Part shown: positions 6,014-15,421 of the stretch, piece after piece | Position numbering within the stretch: position 1 is the first letter of the stretch | How the letters are laid out: each line of letters opens with the position of its first letter | Virus record (IMG/VR): IMGVR_UViG_3300027921_000114 | Direction: 5' to 3' (one strand) | Origin: an uncultured virus (IMG/VR IMGVR_UViG_3300027921_000114) | Taxonomy: Duplodnaviria; Heunggongvirae; Uroviricota; Caudoviricetes | DNA length: 20,000 nt | Translations under genes and position numbers: made by a program | The notes under the pieces: generated by a model | What the model was told of the DNA's origin: nothing | The model's input: the letters and a program-made list of their open reading frames with translations, nothing else | Databases searched by the model: none

Positions 6014-8290
6014 TCAGTCATCGCGGTACGGGTAGCTGGCGTTGTAGGGCTTGGGTCTGAGGGACAGCCCGGTCAAACCGCGCACGCCACCGGTCAGTCG
6101 GCACTTCTCGAACTTGCGTGTCGCCATCAGTTCCGAGAAGCGCTTGACCGATCCGACGAATTCGCCCGCGCGTTCGGCCCACTCACGCCAGTCAGAAAAC
6201 AGATCGGACACGCCTTCGCGGCCGGTCTTGGCCAGCAGGCAGCGCTCCTCGATCCATTGCCCGAGTGCGTCCTCGGCTTCGAAATACTCCTCGGTCGCCG
6301 ACACCACGCTGGCTGGCGGTTTCAGCCCTTGCTGTTGCCAGCGGCTGCACCCCTCGACCGCCCACGCCAGAATCCCGTCCCGCTCCTTGAGCAGCTTGTC
6401 GGTGAGCCTGCCGTCCCGTTTTTCGGGTGGGATGGTCACCGTGAACGGGATCAGGTGCAGACGTCGCTTCATCGCTTCGTCTACATTGCGAATCGATGGT
6501 TTGTGGTTGCCTGCGATCACCAACTTGAACTGGGGCACGTACTCGAAGAAGTCCTGGCGCATGAAGCGCGCCGACACCTTGTCACCGCCCGTGATGGCCT
6601 TGACCTTGGACTCGTTCCAGCGCCGTCCCTGCTCGGTTTCGATGGAGGACACGAAGCGTGCGCCACGCAGTCCGGCCAGATCAGTGGGATGCCGGTCGTT
6701 GCGCGCGTCCATGAACGTGTCCATCGGCGCGTTGGCCGCGTAGTCACCGAGGATCGTGGTGATGACGTTGACGAACACCGACTTGCCGTTCGCGCCGGTG
6801 CCGTACAGGAAAAACAGCGCGTGCTCGCTGGTGATCCCGGTCAGGCAATAGCCCACCATCAGTTGTAGGTAGGCGATCAGATCGGCATCGCCACCGGTGA
6901 CGTCGGTCAGAAACCCATGCCACGTTGGGCAGTCACCCTTGGGGGTAGCCGTGCTGACCTTGGTCATCCGGTCGTCGCGCCGGTGCTCGCGCATCCGGCC
7001 CGTGCGCAGATCGACCACGCCACCCGGGGTGTTGAGCGCCCACGTATCGGCATCCCATTCCTCGGCACTGGACGCGTGCTTCGGATCGGATCGGGCGATT
7101 TTCTCGACCGCCGAGATGGTCGACGAACTGGCGAGTTTGGCCTTCTGCCTTGGGCTGTCTGCCTTGAGCGATGCGTTACGGCAGATGCCCCGGGCCAGAT
7201 GCGAGACGTAAAGCATCTGATCGGCATTCCAGCGCACTCCCGTCCACACCAGCCACTTGCCCCACAGCGCGCAGTAGCGCCAGTCCTGACCATAGCGACG
7301 GGTAAAGGCTGTCGACAGTCCGTCCTCGGTACTCCAGTCGATGCCCGTCAGCAAATCCGGCGGCGCAATCTCCTCGACGGAGCGCATCACGGGCATTCGC
7401 TCACCAACGGCAAGAAAGCCCGCCACGTCAAAGCCATCGGGAATGGCGTCGGCAGCGTCCCAACCTTCGGGCCGGTCGTCGGGTGGCACGAGGATGGCGA
7501 CCGTGGTCGCACCGGCGTGCAAGATCGCCTGCGAAGCGCGGTCGGCGTAGTCCCAGCCCGGTGCGTCTCGATCTGGCCAGATCAGCACCGACTTGCCTGC
7601 CAGCGGTTGCCAGTCAGTTTTATCGACCGGAGCGTTTGCGCCGTGCATTGCGGTGGTCGCCACCACACCGGCATCGATCAGCGCCTGCGCGCACTTCTCG
7701 CCTTCGACCAGGACGATGTGGCTGGCGGCCACTAAACCCGGCTGGTTGTACAAGGGGCGTGGCTCGGGCGGTGCCATCTTGCGGCGCTTGGCATCCCACG
7801 GCCGGAATTCCTTCTTCCGGCCCGGTGGGTCGTAGCGGTAGACAACGGCGATCAGTTTGCCAGTGGCGTCGTGATAGTCCCACTTGGCGGTCGCGGGGCC
7901 GAGATCGTCGGACGGAGGAGCTGCCTTGGCTTTGCGCACCGGTGTTGACCGCGCACGTCCAAGCAGATCGCTGGCTTCCTGCAGCACCCGAGGGAAGTCG
8001 GCATGGATGCTGGCTCCGAGGTAGGCTGCAATCAAATCGAAGATGTCGCCGCCGTCGCCAGTCGCGCGATCCGTCCAGAGTCCGGCCTTGTCGCCGGTCA
8101 GCACCACCTCGAGGCTGTCGCCGGGACTGCCCAGCACGTCCCCGATGAGAAACTTGCCCTGGCGCTTCTTGCCCGCCGGGAACATCGTGGTCAGCACCGA
8201 CTCCAGCCGTGCGATCAGTTCCGAGCGAATTTCGTCGCGTTCAGCATCCCGGTTTTCGATGGGCAGGGAAATGTCGTTGAAGTCGATCAT
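6014..8290 (-). CDS. Phage/plasmid P4-family primase-helicase (TOPRIM + D5_N + SF3 helicase), 758 aa
   Basis: LVEGEKCA and WPDRD (TOPRIM); NTPGGVVDLRTG (D5_N); GTGANGKS Walker A; KAITGGDKVSARFMRQDFF, GNHKP and AMKRRL. Confidence 0.93.
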   Translation of the reverse strand: MIDFNDISLPIENRDAERDEIRSELIARLESVLTTMFPAGKKRQGKFLIGDVLGSPGDSLEVVLTGDKAGLWTDRATGDGGDIFDLIAAYLGASIHADFPRVLQEASDLLGRARSTPVRKAKAAPPSDDLGPATAKWDYHDATGKLIAVVYRYDPPGRKKEFRPWDAKRRKMAPPEPRPLYNQPGLVAASHIVLVEGEKCAQALIDAGVVATTAMHGANAPVDKTDWQPLAGKSVLIWPDRDAPGWDYADRASQAILHAGATTVAILVPPDDRPEGWDAADAIPDGFDVAGFLAVGERMPVMRSVEEIAPPDLLTGIDWSTEDGLSTAFTRRYGQDWRYCALWGKWLVWTGVRWNADQMLYVSHLARGICRNASLKADSPRQKAKLASSSTISAVEKIARSDPKHASSAEEWDADTWALNTPGGVVDLRTGRMREHRRDDRMTKVSTATPKGDCPTWHGFLTDVTGGDADLIAYLQLMVGYCLTGITSEHALFFLYGTGANGKSVFVNVITTILGDYAANAPMDTFMDARNDRHPTDLAGLRGARFVSSIETEQGRRWNESKVKAITGGDKVSARFMRQDFFEYVPQFKLVIAGNHKPSIRNVDEAMKRRLHLIPFTVTIPPEKRDGRLTDKLLKERDGILAWAVEGCSRWQQQGLKPPASVVSATEEYFEAEDALGQWIEERCLLAKTGREGVSDLFSDWREWAERAGEFVGSVKRFSELMATRKFEKCRLTGGVRGLTGLSLRPKPYNASYPYRDD

Positions 8291-8535
8291 TCGGCTCCCT
8301 CGTCTGGCGTCTTGCTTGCATCGCGGCCCTGCGGCGCTCTGCTGCTGGCCGCCCATGCGGAAAGTTCGGACATCCGATAGCGCACCAAGCCGCCGAGCAG
8401 GTAATGCGGGATGCGGTACTTGCTGCGCATCGTTTGATCGGCAAACCAGTAGTACGGCAGGCTCAGTGCGGCCGCCGCCTGCTTGGCGTCGATCATTGGT
8501 TCGTCGTCGGTGACGCCTGTGTTGTGGTCGTTCAT
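8287..8535 (-). CDS. Small excisionase/AlpA-like HTH DNA-binding protein, 82 aa
   Basis: IDAKQAAAALSL...IPHYLLGGLVRYRMSELSAW; ATGA overlaps at both ends. Confidence 0.7.
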   Translation of the reverse strand: MNDHNTGVTDDEPMIDAKQAAAALSLPYYWFADQTMRSKYRIPHYLLGGLVRYRMSELSAWAASSRAPQGRDASKTPDEGAE

Positions 8536-9269
8536 GATTGCGTTCTCCAGCAGCGGTCTTGCCACGCGCACATCCGGCATTCGAAGTGGGTCTGGTCAGC
8601 GAAGGCGCGCGGCAGGAGTTCTGCTGCCTCGGTCGCCGTGATCACCTTCACCGCCCGATCCGACATGCGTTGGGCAAGGGCTGCGTCAAAGGGGACGAGC
8701 TCGACGTAGATCTCCATCGTGTCGGCGTTCACCGCCGTGAAAATCGCCGGGTGCTCGTGTAGTTCGAGATAGGCCTGATACAGCGCGACTTGCGCCGCGT
8801 AGACAGGCTTGGAAATGGCGAGCCGGTTCTTCTCCAGATCGCGCCAGGACTTCGAGCCGAGGCACTTGTTTTCCCAAAGGGCCGGGTAGGCGAAGCCCTC
8901 GGGGCCACCGACGAACACGCCGTCGATGTGGCCCTGCAGGCGTCCGTCAGCCACTGAGAAACCGAACTGCTCGCCGTCGGCCTTGTGGGTGCGCAGATCG
9001 AAACCCGCGTCCCGCAGCCATCCGACCATGCACTCTTCGTTGACGTGGCCACGCTCGAAGATGCGCAATATCCGACCCTGCACGTCGCGCCCATAGTCGA
9101 CCGGTGCTTGCGCAAACTCGTACTGCAGCGCGCGTTCGCAAGCCACGCCCAAGCGGGATGCGCCAAGGTAGTGGCGCACCGCCTGCCGGGCACGCGCTCG
9201 CTGCAGACCGGCATCGACCAACACGCTGATTTGCCCGGACACGCTTGCCGTGGAATTGAAGTCCATCAT
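8532..9269 (-). CDS. PD-(D/E)XK RecB/Cas4-like exonuclease with probable Fe-S cluster, 245 aa
   Basis: LGASRLGVAC, FERGH, GHIDG, WENK, QVALY and C-terminal CRMCAWQDRC. Confidence 0.8.
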   Translation of the reverse strand: MMDFNSTASVSGQISVLVDAGLQRARARQAVRHYLGASRLGVACERALQYEFAQAPVDYGRDVQGRILRIFERGHVNEECMVGWLRDAGFDLRTHKADGEQFGFSVADGRLQGHIDGVFVGGPEGFAYPALWENKCLGSKSWRDLEKNRLAISKPVYAAQVALYQAYLELHEHPAIFTAVNADTMEIYVELVPFDAALAQRMSDRAVKVITATEAAELLPRAFADQTHFECRMCAWQDRCWRTQS

Positions 9270-9742
9270 GGCGTGGTCTCCCACGGCAGATCGTCCTCAA
9301 GATCGGCAAACGGGTTCGACAATGGATCGGGCGTCGGAGGCATGCCACGCACCGGCGGAAACTTGGTCGCCTCGTGATGCTCGACCATTGCCTCGGTGTA
9401 GCGGGTGACGATGGCGTCGATGACCCGCAGCGCTTCGGCTTCCGAGTAATCCCCGAGGGGCTTCGTGAATCCGATTTCGCCAGCGGCTTCACCGAACGCC
9501 TTCAGGCACTTTTTCATCGAGGCGATCTCGATGTCAGAGGGATCGATCATCACGACCTCCCTGCGCTTGCCCGGCTCGTCCTTGGCTTTGAGCCAGTTGC
9601 CGTACATCGTGTGAAAGACGGTCTGGCAGCGCTGCGAGCAGAACACCCAGTCGATGGGGTAGCGGCGGGGATTGCCGACACCGTGTTGGTTGTCGGTGTG
9701 ACCGAATCCCCGTGCCTGACGTGTGCAGACCCAGCATTTCAC
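9266..9742 (-). CDS. DUF6511-like Cys-rich protein, 158 aa
   Basis: GTG start overlapping the upstream stop; CWVC...FCSQRC; ends in DLEDDLPW. Confidence 0.7.
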   Translation of the reverse strand: MKCWVCTRQARGFGHTDNQHGVGNPRRYPIDWVFCSQRCQTVFHTMYGNWLKAKDEPGKRREVVMIDPSDIEIASMKKCLKAFGEAAGEIGFTKPLGDYSEAEALRVIDAIVTRYTEAMVEHHEATKFPPVRGMPPTPDPLSNPFADLEDDLPWETTP

Positions 9743-10593
9743 GCCACCTCCTCAAACTCGTCGATCAACAGACCGAGCTGCAGCGCGCCGCCCGCGAAGG
9801 CTGCCTCGCAACGCCTGCTGAAGTCGCGATAGTTGGTCGAGCAGCGCGCAATCGCCGTCACCGAATGAATCTGCTGCTCCAACCGCGCCAGCCCTTTGTC
9901 AGTCAGCCACTGGTGGTGCTTGTCGGAGATGCGCTTGCGGCTGCGAATCTCATCGAGCAACTCCTCCGGCAACACTGGCCCGTAGACCCAGCGCTGGGTG
10001 ATCTGGCCAAGGACATGGGGCGGGTTTTGGGCGTGGCCCTGGTACTTCCAACCAAACAACCGGTAGATGGCACGGTAGTAGTCGGCGTGAAAGCGCCGTT
10101 CCCACGAGCCGCTGGATTGGCGCAGCAGCTTGGCGATCAACTCCTGCAACGCGTCGGGCGCACGGTGGAACTGGTAGCCCGTTGCCTCGTCGATCAGCGC
10201 GACCTCGCCGGTAGTGGCCAGTGCGTGCATGATCTTCATGCAGTTGGGGACGATCCCCTTGCGGGCCTTGTGTAGCGTTCCGGTCAGCGCCGCATTGACC
10301 ACGGCTGATGCGAGGTCAGCGATGATTCCAGCCGGGAAGAACTGCGTCTGCCGACCTGACGGCAGCAAAATCGGCTCACTTGTTTTTTCCAATTCCGACA
10401 ATGAGTTAGGCGCGAAATCGGTGAGAAATCGGGCGAATCGGCCACCCTTGTGGCCTTCGTGGAAGCCGAGCAATTTGGCAAGCTGGCGGCGCACGTAGCC
10501 GCGCTCGCCACCCTTAAGGACAACCGCTTCGCATTCCAGATCGCCGAAATGCACGACGCCGTAGTGGCTGGCAGTGAGAATGGATGTAGTCAT
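9739..10593 (-). CDS. P63C-domain protein (antirepressor-associated family), 284 aa
   Basis: ALIDEATGYQ, WERRFHADYYRAIYRL, WVYG and HHQWLT signatures; GGGAG RBS. Confidence 0.8.
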   Translation of the reverse strand: MTTSILTASHYGVVHFGDLECEAVVLKGGERGYVRRQLAKLLGFHEGHKGGRFARFLTDFAPNSLSELEKTSEPILLPSGRQTQFFPAGIIADLASAVVNAALTGTLHKARKGIVPNCMKIMHALATTGEVALIDEATGYQFHRAPDALQELIAKLLRQSSGSWERRFHADYYRAIYRLFGWKYQGHAQNPPHVLGQITQRWVYGPVLPEELLDEIRSRKRISDKHHQWLTDKGLARLEQQIHSVTAIARCSTNYRDFSRRCEAAFAGGALQLGLLIDEFEEVA

Positions 10594-10604
10594 GGCCATC
10601 TCCC

Positions 10605-11243
10605 TCACTGCGCCCATGACGGTTTGCCCGTCACGGGTGCGCGTTGTGGAACAGCAGCGGGAGCCTGATAAGCAGGTGCTGCCTGTGTGGGAGCGCCAGA
10701 GTTGCCACCGCCGGTGTTGGCCTTTGCAGCGACACCCTTCAACTTGGCGTAGTCGGCGTGGTCAGGCTCGACCGCCACCTTGACCACATTGCGATCCGCA
10801 CCCTTGGCGTCCTTTTCGATATCGACGCGAACGATGAATTCGATGCCATCCAGTTCGTGAAAGCCCTGGATGCGGCGCGCGGCGGCGGCCTGCGGTGTGT
10901 TGTCCTGCGGGTGGATATTGCGGGCGCTGTTGAGCGCAGCGCGGATAAAGCTGCGTCCCATCTGGCCCCAGGTCGGCCCCTTCTTGGACAGCAGGCCGAT
11001 GTTGCTCCACATCTTGCGTTTGGCATGCTCACCCTCGGTGACCACAAACTCGGCAGAGAGGTAGATCGATCCGGTGTCGAAGGATTCGGTGGCGTAGCCG
11101 CCGCCCCAACCCTGTTCGGGATCGTCGTAACCACCGGGCTTGATGGTCATGCGTACCGGCACGACGGTGCCCTTGGGGATCAGATCGAAACCTGACTGCT
11201 GTGAGTCGGCGTCATTGAAGTCATTCCATGCATTGGCGGTCAT
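10605..11243 (-). CDS. Probable phage ssDNA-binding protein (DUF669-like), 212 aa
   Basis: FDLIPKG, YLSAEFVVTEGEHAKRKMW, low-complexity Ala/Pro tail ending KPSWAQ; lies next to the AAA_24 ATPase. Confidence 0.6.
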   Translation of the reverse strand: MTANAWNDFNDADSQQSGFDLIPKGTVVPVRMTIKPGGYDDPEQGWGGGYATESFDTGSIYLSAEFVVTEGEHAKRKMWSNIGLLSKKGPTWGQMGRSFIRAALNSARNIHPQDNTPQAAAARRIQGFHELDGIEFIVRVDIEKDAKGADRNVVKVAVEPDHADYAKLKGVAAKANTGGGNSGAPTQAAPAYQAPAAVPQRAPVTGKPSWAQ

Positions 11244-11248
11244 TGCGA

Positions 11249-12094
11249 TTACTCCTTGGATTCGGTATGGGTTTGGGCGGCGGTGCCGGACGTGGAAGCG
11301 CTGCTGGCGCACTTGGCGATCAGCGCGCCCAGATGCGGCGGCTCCAGCACGTCGAGGCGACCGCTGCGGTCTTTGGCGGGGAAGCCGTAGGGATTGACGG
11401 TGTGGGTGACGAAGGCGCGATACGAACTGCCGTCATCGGCCTTGAGCTCGGCCAGCGTCACGACCTCGTCGACGATCCCGGGCAGCTCAAGGCTGGTTTT
11501 GCTGCCTTCGATCTGCGGCACGAACACCTTGCGATTGAAGTCATCCAAGCGTTCGTCGAGGATCGCCACGAAGATCACGTTCTTGCCCCGGGCGTGTTGC
11601 AGGTGTGTCAATGCACCGATCATTTCCTGCCCGAGCAGTCCGTAGGCCGCGCGCAGATCGGGCTTGCCGGAGCGGTCGCTGACCGCACCCGGTTGGGCCT
11701 TGCACCACGCGAAGCACTGGCGCGACAACTGAGTGATCGAGTCCAGGAAGAAGGTCTGGTAACGATCCAATTGCGTGGCATCGCCAAACTTCTCGATGAC
11801 GTGGTCGTAATGCGCCTGCGAAAACGCACTCTCGGCAGGCAAGGACTTGTCCGGGCCTGCGAGGAACACGAAGAAGTCGCGGCTCTCCGGCCAGGACGCC
11901 GGACGGATGGTGTCGCCCGGCCAATCCGCCACGGACAGATCGCCCGCCTCGATGTCGAGGAACAAGGTGGTGGCCGGGTCGAGGTCTTTGAGACGAGTGG
12001 TTTTGCCGATGCCGGATTTGCCCAGCAGCAAGAGCTTGACGCCCTTGCGCTCGGCCATGCGCTCGACGGCGGACACGATGGGGAGCTTTTTCAT
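11249..12094 (-). CDS. AAA_24 family ATPase (Sak4-like annealase/recombinase), 281 aa
   Basis: GKSGIGKT Walker A, LDIEAG, FLDSIT Walker B, PAKDRSG. Confidence 0.88.
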   Translation of the reverse strand: MKKLPIVSAVERMAERKGVKLLLLGKSGIGKTTRLKDLDPATTLFLDIEAGDLSVADWPGDTIRPASWPESRDFFVFLAGPDKSLPAESAFSQAHYDHVIEKFGDATQLDRYQTFFLDSITQLSRQCFAWCKAQPGAVSDRSGKPDLRAAYGLLGQEMIGALTHLQHARGKNVIFVAILDERLDDFNRKVFVPQIEGSKTSLELPGIVDEVVTLAELKADDGSSYRAFVTHTVNPYGFPAKDRSGRLDVLEPPHLGALIAKCASSASTSGTAAQTHTESKE

Positions 12095-12573
12095 TGCGTG
12101 TCCCCCTCGATGGTCAGCGTGAACGAGGGCTTGCCGGGTTCGACCGTGCGGGCGGCAGCGAACTGCTGCTGCAGCGCCGGAGGCCAGTTGGTGTAACGCG
12201 ACTCGGATACGGCCAGCTTGACGTCGATGTAGCCTTCGACCTTCTCACCGGAGGACACGATGCGTTCGGCAATCTCGGCCAACTGCTTCTGGTTCCAGCT
12301 GACCTTCTTGGGCATCTCGAACTTGATGTGCAGCGGGCCGTCGCTGATGTGGGCGGTGCCGAAGTCACGACCTGAGTCGCGCAGTGCGGTACGGCCCTGA
12401 TCGCCGAAGCGTTGATCCAACGCGGCATCAAGTTTGGTGCGCGTTTTCTTGGCCCAATCGATCAGGTGATCGAGGTTGGCGTCAGCTTCAACCAGCTGGG
12501 CGGGCGGCAGGCTGGCCAGTTGGCTCACCGACATTTCGGCGAGGTCAGCGGGGAATACGGTCAGATCGCTCAT
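12091..12573 (-). CDS. Hypothetical phage protein, 160 aa
   Basis: AAGGGGG RBS, ATG 12573; PKKVSWNQ segment; ATGA overlap with the ATPase gene. Confidence 0.8.
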   Translation of the reverse strand: MSDLTVFPADLAEMSVSQLASLPPAQLVEADANLDHLIDWAKKTRTKLDAALDQRFGDQGRTALRDSGRDFGTAHISDGPLHIKFEMPKKVSWNQKQLAEIAERIVSSGEKVEGYIDVKLAVSESRYTNWPPALQQQFAAARTVEPGKPSFTLTIEGDTQ

Positions 12574-12583
12574 GGCCGCCCCC

Positions 12584-12847
12584 TTACTGGTATGCCCGAG
12601 CGAAGGTCGAGTAGCGCGAAACGCGCCGCTCGAAGGCTTCAACTTCGGAGATCAGGTAGGTGACACGGGCTCCCAGCTTGCAAAAGACTGGGCCCAAGGA
12701 CTCTTGCCGCCAGCGGCGCAGAGTTTTGACGGAGAGCCCCCAGCGGGTAGCGAGCTCGTTTTCATCGATGGCGATGCGCGTGGCACCGTCTCGAATGTTC
12801 CGGCGGTGGGACCGACCGGATTCAACTGATGGGACTTGGTTTTGCAT
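12584..12847 (-). CDS. AlpA/excisionase-like HTH protein, 87 aa
   Basis: ENELATRWGLSVKTLRRWRQESLGPVFCKLGARVTY; AAGGAGG RBS. Confidence 0.85.
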   Translation of the reverse strand: MQNQVPSVESGRSHRRNIRDGATRIAIDENELATRWGLSVKTLRRWRQESLGPVFCKLGARVTYLISEVEAFERRVSRYSTFARAYQ

Positions 12848-12883
12848 TTCGATGTGCCTCCTTTATGAAATGGGCACATCGAA
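12848..12883 (-). promoter_or_regulatory. 11-bp hairpin overlapping the RBS of the first replication-operon gene
   Basis: TTCGATGTGCC (12848-12858) and GGCACATCGAA (12873-12883) form a perfect inverted repeat abutting the ATG. Confidence 0.6.
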
Positions 12884-12942
12884 GTTTCCGCATGGATTTA
12901 CGGCCTGAGTCCGGGCCGACATACGGAAAAACTTACGGATTG

Positions 12943-13875
12943 TTATTGGCGTCGAACTTGGTAGTGGCCGCCAGCCTTGACCAAAAGGAGGTATTCCTCG
13001 CGGGTAGCCTTGTCGCCAAAGGCTTCATCGAATGAGCGATAGCCGCAATCCACTTTCGACTTGACCTCGGCCCACTTCATCGCCGGTGGCGTCTTGCCTT
13101 CCACTCCCCACATGAACTTGAGGATGGCGGCACGCGTATCGCTCACCAGACGCGACTTCTCGAAGTGAGGCAGCTTCACTCGTGTACCTTGCAAAAACTG
13201 TTCAGGTTCAGCGTCGCCATTGGAGGTCACGAATCCACGCAAAACCCGGTCGAAGGCGCTCGCGTCGAAAACGTCCTGCCCGTCTTCCACGCGAACGAAA
13301 TCGTTCAGACTGCGCATAACATGATCACGAGGCAGACTGTCGCTACTCGGGCGATGCCGAAGGAGCACGCCACCGCGAGGCCAGACCGGATCGCACAGCA
13401 CTGGCGTCGTTTCTGCGGCCGGTGCGCGCTCCCATAAACGTCCGACAAACACCGGCGCGAAATCGTGTGTGCCAGCGATTCGCGCATTACCGAGGTGCCA
13501 GAGGTGGTCTGGTACCCGGGTACGCCGTTGCGATAGCTGTCGTGGCTCGATGCCGATCAGACTGCACAGATCGGTGAGCCACGTATCAATGCGCAGCGCG
13601 TAAAGAACGATGTCAGAGAGCGGGCGCGTGACGACTCGAGATCGCTGTTGAGGGCTCCGGTATCGGAACACGCCAGCGTCCTGGTCGATATCGGCTTCCA
13701 CCTCTTCCTCCGAATCGAGGAAAGGCACCATCACACGGGTCAGGTAGCCATCCTCAACCACCCACCGACGGCGAACAAATTCGGCGCGGTGGTGGCCGAC
13801 GGTGGTGGAAATCACGCGCGGCTCGACGCTGCGCACGCGCTCAATCGTTTTGAAGTATTCCAAATACGCAGACAT
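12943..13875 (-). CDS. Hypothetical protein, possible C-terminal winged-helix, 310 aa
   Basis: GAGGAG RBS, ATG 13875; C-terminal RAAILKFMW...WAEVKSKVDCG...GGHYQV pattern. Confidence 0.8.
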   Translation of the reverse strand: MSAYLEYFKTIERVRSVEPRVISTTVGHHRAEFVRRRWVVEDGYLTRVMVPFLDSEEEVEADIDQDAGVFRYRSPQQRSRVVTRPLSDIVLYALRIDTWLTDLCSLIGIEPRQLSQRRTRVPDHLWHLGNARIAGTHDFAPVFVGRLWERAPAAETTPVLCDPVWPRGGVLLRHRPSSDSLPRDHVMRSLNDFVRVEDGQDVFDASAFDRVLRGFVTSNGDAEPEQFLQGTRVKLPHFEKSRLVSDTRAAILKFMWGVEGKTPPAMKWAEVKSKVDCGYRSFDEAFGDKATREEYLLLVKAGGHYQVRRQ

Positions 13876-13885
13876 GGCATGCTCC

Positions 13886-15322
13886 TCAGAATTCACACAG
13901 GACGCCGAGCCGCGCCAATTGCTCGACCACGCGCTTGCGGTCATCCTCGGTCTTGCTCTTGTCATTCAGGCCGTTGGGCGACGTGATCTGGACGGCCACG
14001 TTGTGGGCTTTGCGGTGCGGTTGCTTTGACATCCGGAAAACCAGCTTCACCTGCGACAAGGCATAACCAGTCAGATCATCCAATCCGTAGTCGTCATAGG
14101 CGACTTGGTAGATGTGACGGGTATCGCGCCGATCCCGACCAATCATCAGCGTGCTCGACAGGTGCTGGACAATATCCCGCCCATTGGCTTCGTCGATGGT
14201 GTTCTGCTCGAAGGGGCGCGCGATCTTCACTTGCAGGATCGAGATCTTCTCCACGCCGTCGACGAGGTGCTGTTCAAGTCGCTTGAGCATGGCGTGCGTC
14301 GAAAACCCCAGAAGATCAAACTCACGCATGGGCATGTCGTTGATCGCCCCCTCGCAGGCCAGCACCACATCACGGAAGATGGTGGCCAGGTCACGGCGCG
14401 ATTCCTTGTCCGCGCAGAACACGCCAAGCGCACCCGTGCCGGGCTCCCACGAGAAGATGGCCGACATGGCAGCAGGCTCTTCGTGGTCAATCACTTCACC
14501 GTCGGCCACTTGTTTGAAATGTGCCGTCGAGCCATTGAAAGTTGCCGTGAGCGTATGCAACAGCACTGGCGTCGAGTCGTCTGCGTCCTGCCCGCCACAG
14601 CGATCGGCATGAGCAAGGTCGCGGCGCGTGAATTGCTCGATCAGAATTTGGTCGGCGGCCACCTTCGGATAGAGGGCTGCGATCCGGGTACGCAGCACAT
14701 CCTGCACGTCGACGTCGACCTTGGGCTCGATGCCTTTTGGCCCGAGGTAATGGCTGGAGAAGTTTTCGCTCTTCCACTGCCGATGCATCACTTGCAGGCG
14801 CTCGGCGTGCTCGAAGCGGTGTTCGGCCTTGACGCCGTCCGAGGGAAATTCCTGGAGGAGATGCAGGTGCAGCGCGCGGCTGTACCTGTCCGTCGGCGCA
14901 ACCAGTACCGCCGCGTCGCCCTCATTCTTTTCCTCGAGCAAGGACTGGACGGCCTGCGCACCGTACTCATCGTCCAGCAGCACCACCAGTTCAGCCGCAC
15001 GCTCGATGCGCTGCTGTTTATCGGGCATGAGCTTGGCCACGACGTGAAACAGCGCTTTGCGCGCCGGAATTGGCAGCACACCCTTTGCGACCTCGACCAG
15101 CGCCGCAATTTCAGGCAGCGCGGTGTCGGCGGCACGTTCGACCAAGGTCAAGATGAGCGCCGGTCGTTTCACCTTACGCGCCAGAGTGACGAAATTCTCC
15201 ATGCAAGGGAGGACGTCGGGGCCATCGTCCGATTGCCGGTTGCGCGCTTTTTTTGATGTCTGCTGATCTGCAGCCGACTCTTTTTGATTTGCGATGTTGT
15301 TTTGTTCGACTGCCGTCATCAT
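13886..15322 (-). CDS. Hypothetical protein, 478 aa
   Basis: Long ORF with AAGGA RBS, co-oriented with its neighbours; no motif recognised. Confidence 0.85.
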   Translation of the reverse strand: MMTAVEQNNIANQKESAADQQTSKKARNRQSDDGPDVLPCMENFVTLARKVKRPALILTLVERAADTALPEIAALVEVAKGVLPIPARKALFHVVAKLMPDKQQRIERAAELVVLLDDEYGAQAVQSLLEEKNEGDAAVLVAPTDRYSRALHLHLLQEFPSDGVKAEHRFEHAERLQVMHRQWKSENFSSHYLGPKGIEPKVDVDVQDVLRTRIAALYPKVAADQILIEQFTRRDLAHADRCGGQDADDSTPVLLHTLTATFNGSTAHFKQVADGEVIDHEEPAAMSAIFSWEPGTGALGVFCADKESRRDLATIFRDVVLACEGAINDMPMREFDLLGFSTHAMLKRLEQHLVDGVEKISILQVKIARPFEQNTIDEANGRDIVQHLSSTLMIGRDRRDTRHIYQVAYDDYGLDDLTGYALSQVKLVFRMSKQPHRKAHNVAVQITSPNGLNDKSKTEDDRKRVVEQLARLGVLCEF

Positions 15323-15351
15323 GAAATTCCTTTGCTGAATGAAGTGCGCGA

Positions 15352-15370
15352 TTGCGCGAACGGTTAATTG
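15352..15370. promoter_or_regulatory. Putative operator, shared with 16547-16565
   Basis: TTGCGCGAACGGTTAATTG versus TTGCGTGATTGGTTAATTG, 16/19 identical. Confidence 0.5.
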
Positions 15371-15378
15371 CTGGTTTC

Positions 15379-15402
15379 AAAAAATGCCGACACGAAGTCG
15401 GC
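15379..15402 (-). terminator. Intrinsic terminator after the peptidase gene
   Basis: - strand GCCGAC-TTCGT-GTCGGC-ATTTTTT. Confidence 0.65.
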
Positions 15403-15421
15403 GGCTAGGTGAGAGCAAGGA

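Noticed and set aside
5872..6021. N-terminal extension of the RuvC-like ORF
   Set aside because: It runs through the inverted-repeat element, and a good RBS supports the start at 5871
2965..15256. Long + strand ORFs (2965-4056, 5675-6868, 6917-7735, 11228-12196, 14105-15256)
   Set aside because: They are antisense shadows of well-supported - strand genes in GC-rich DNA and show no protein motifs
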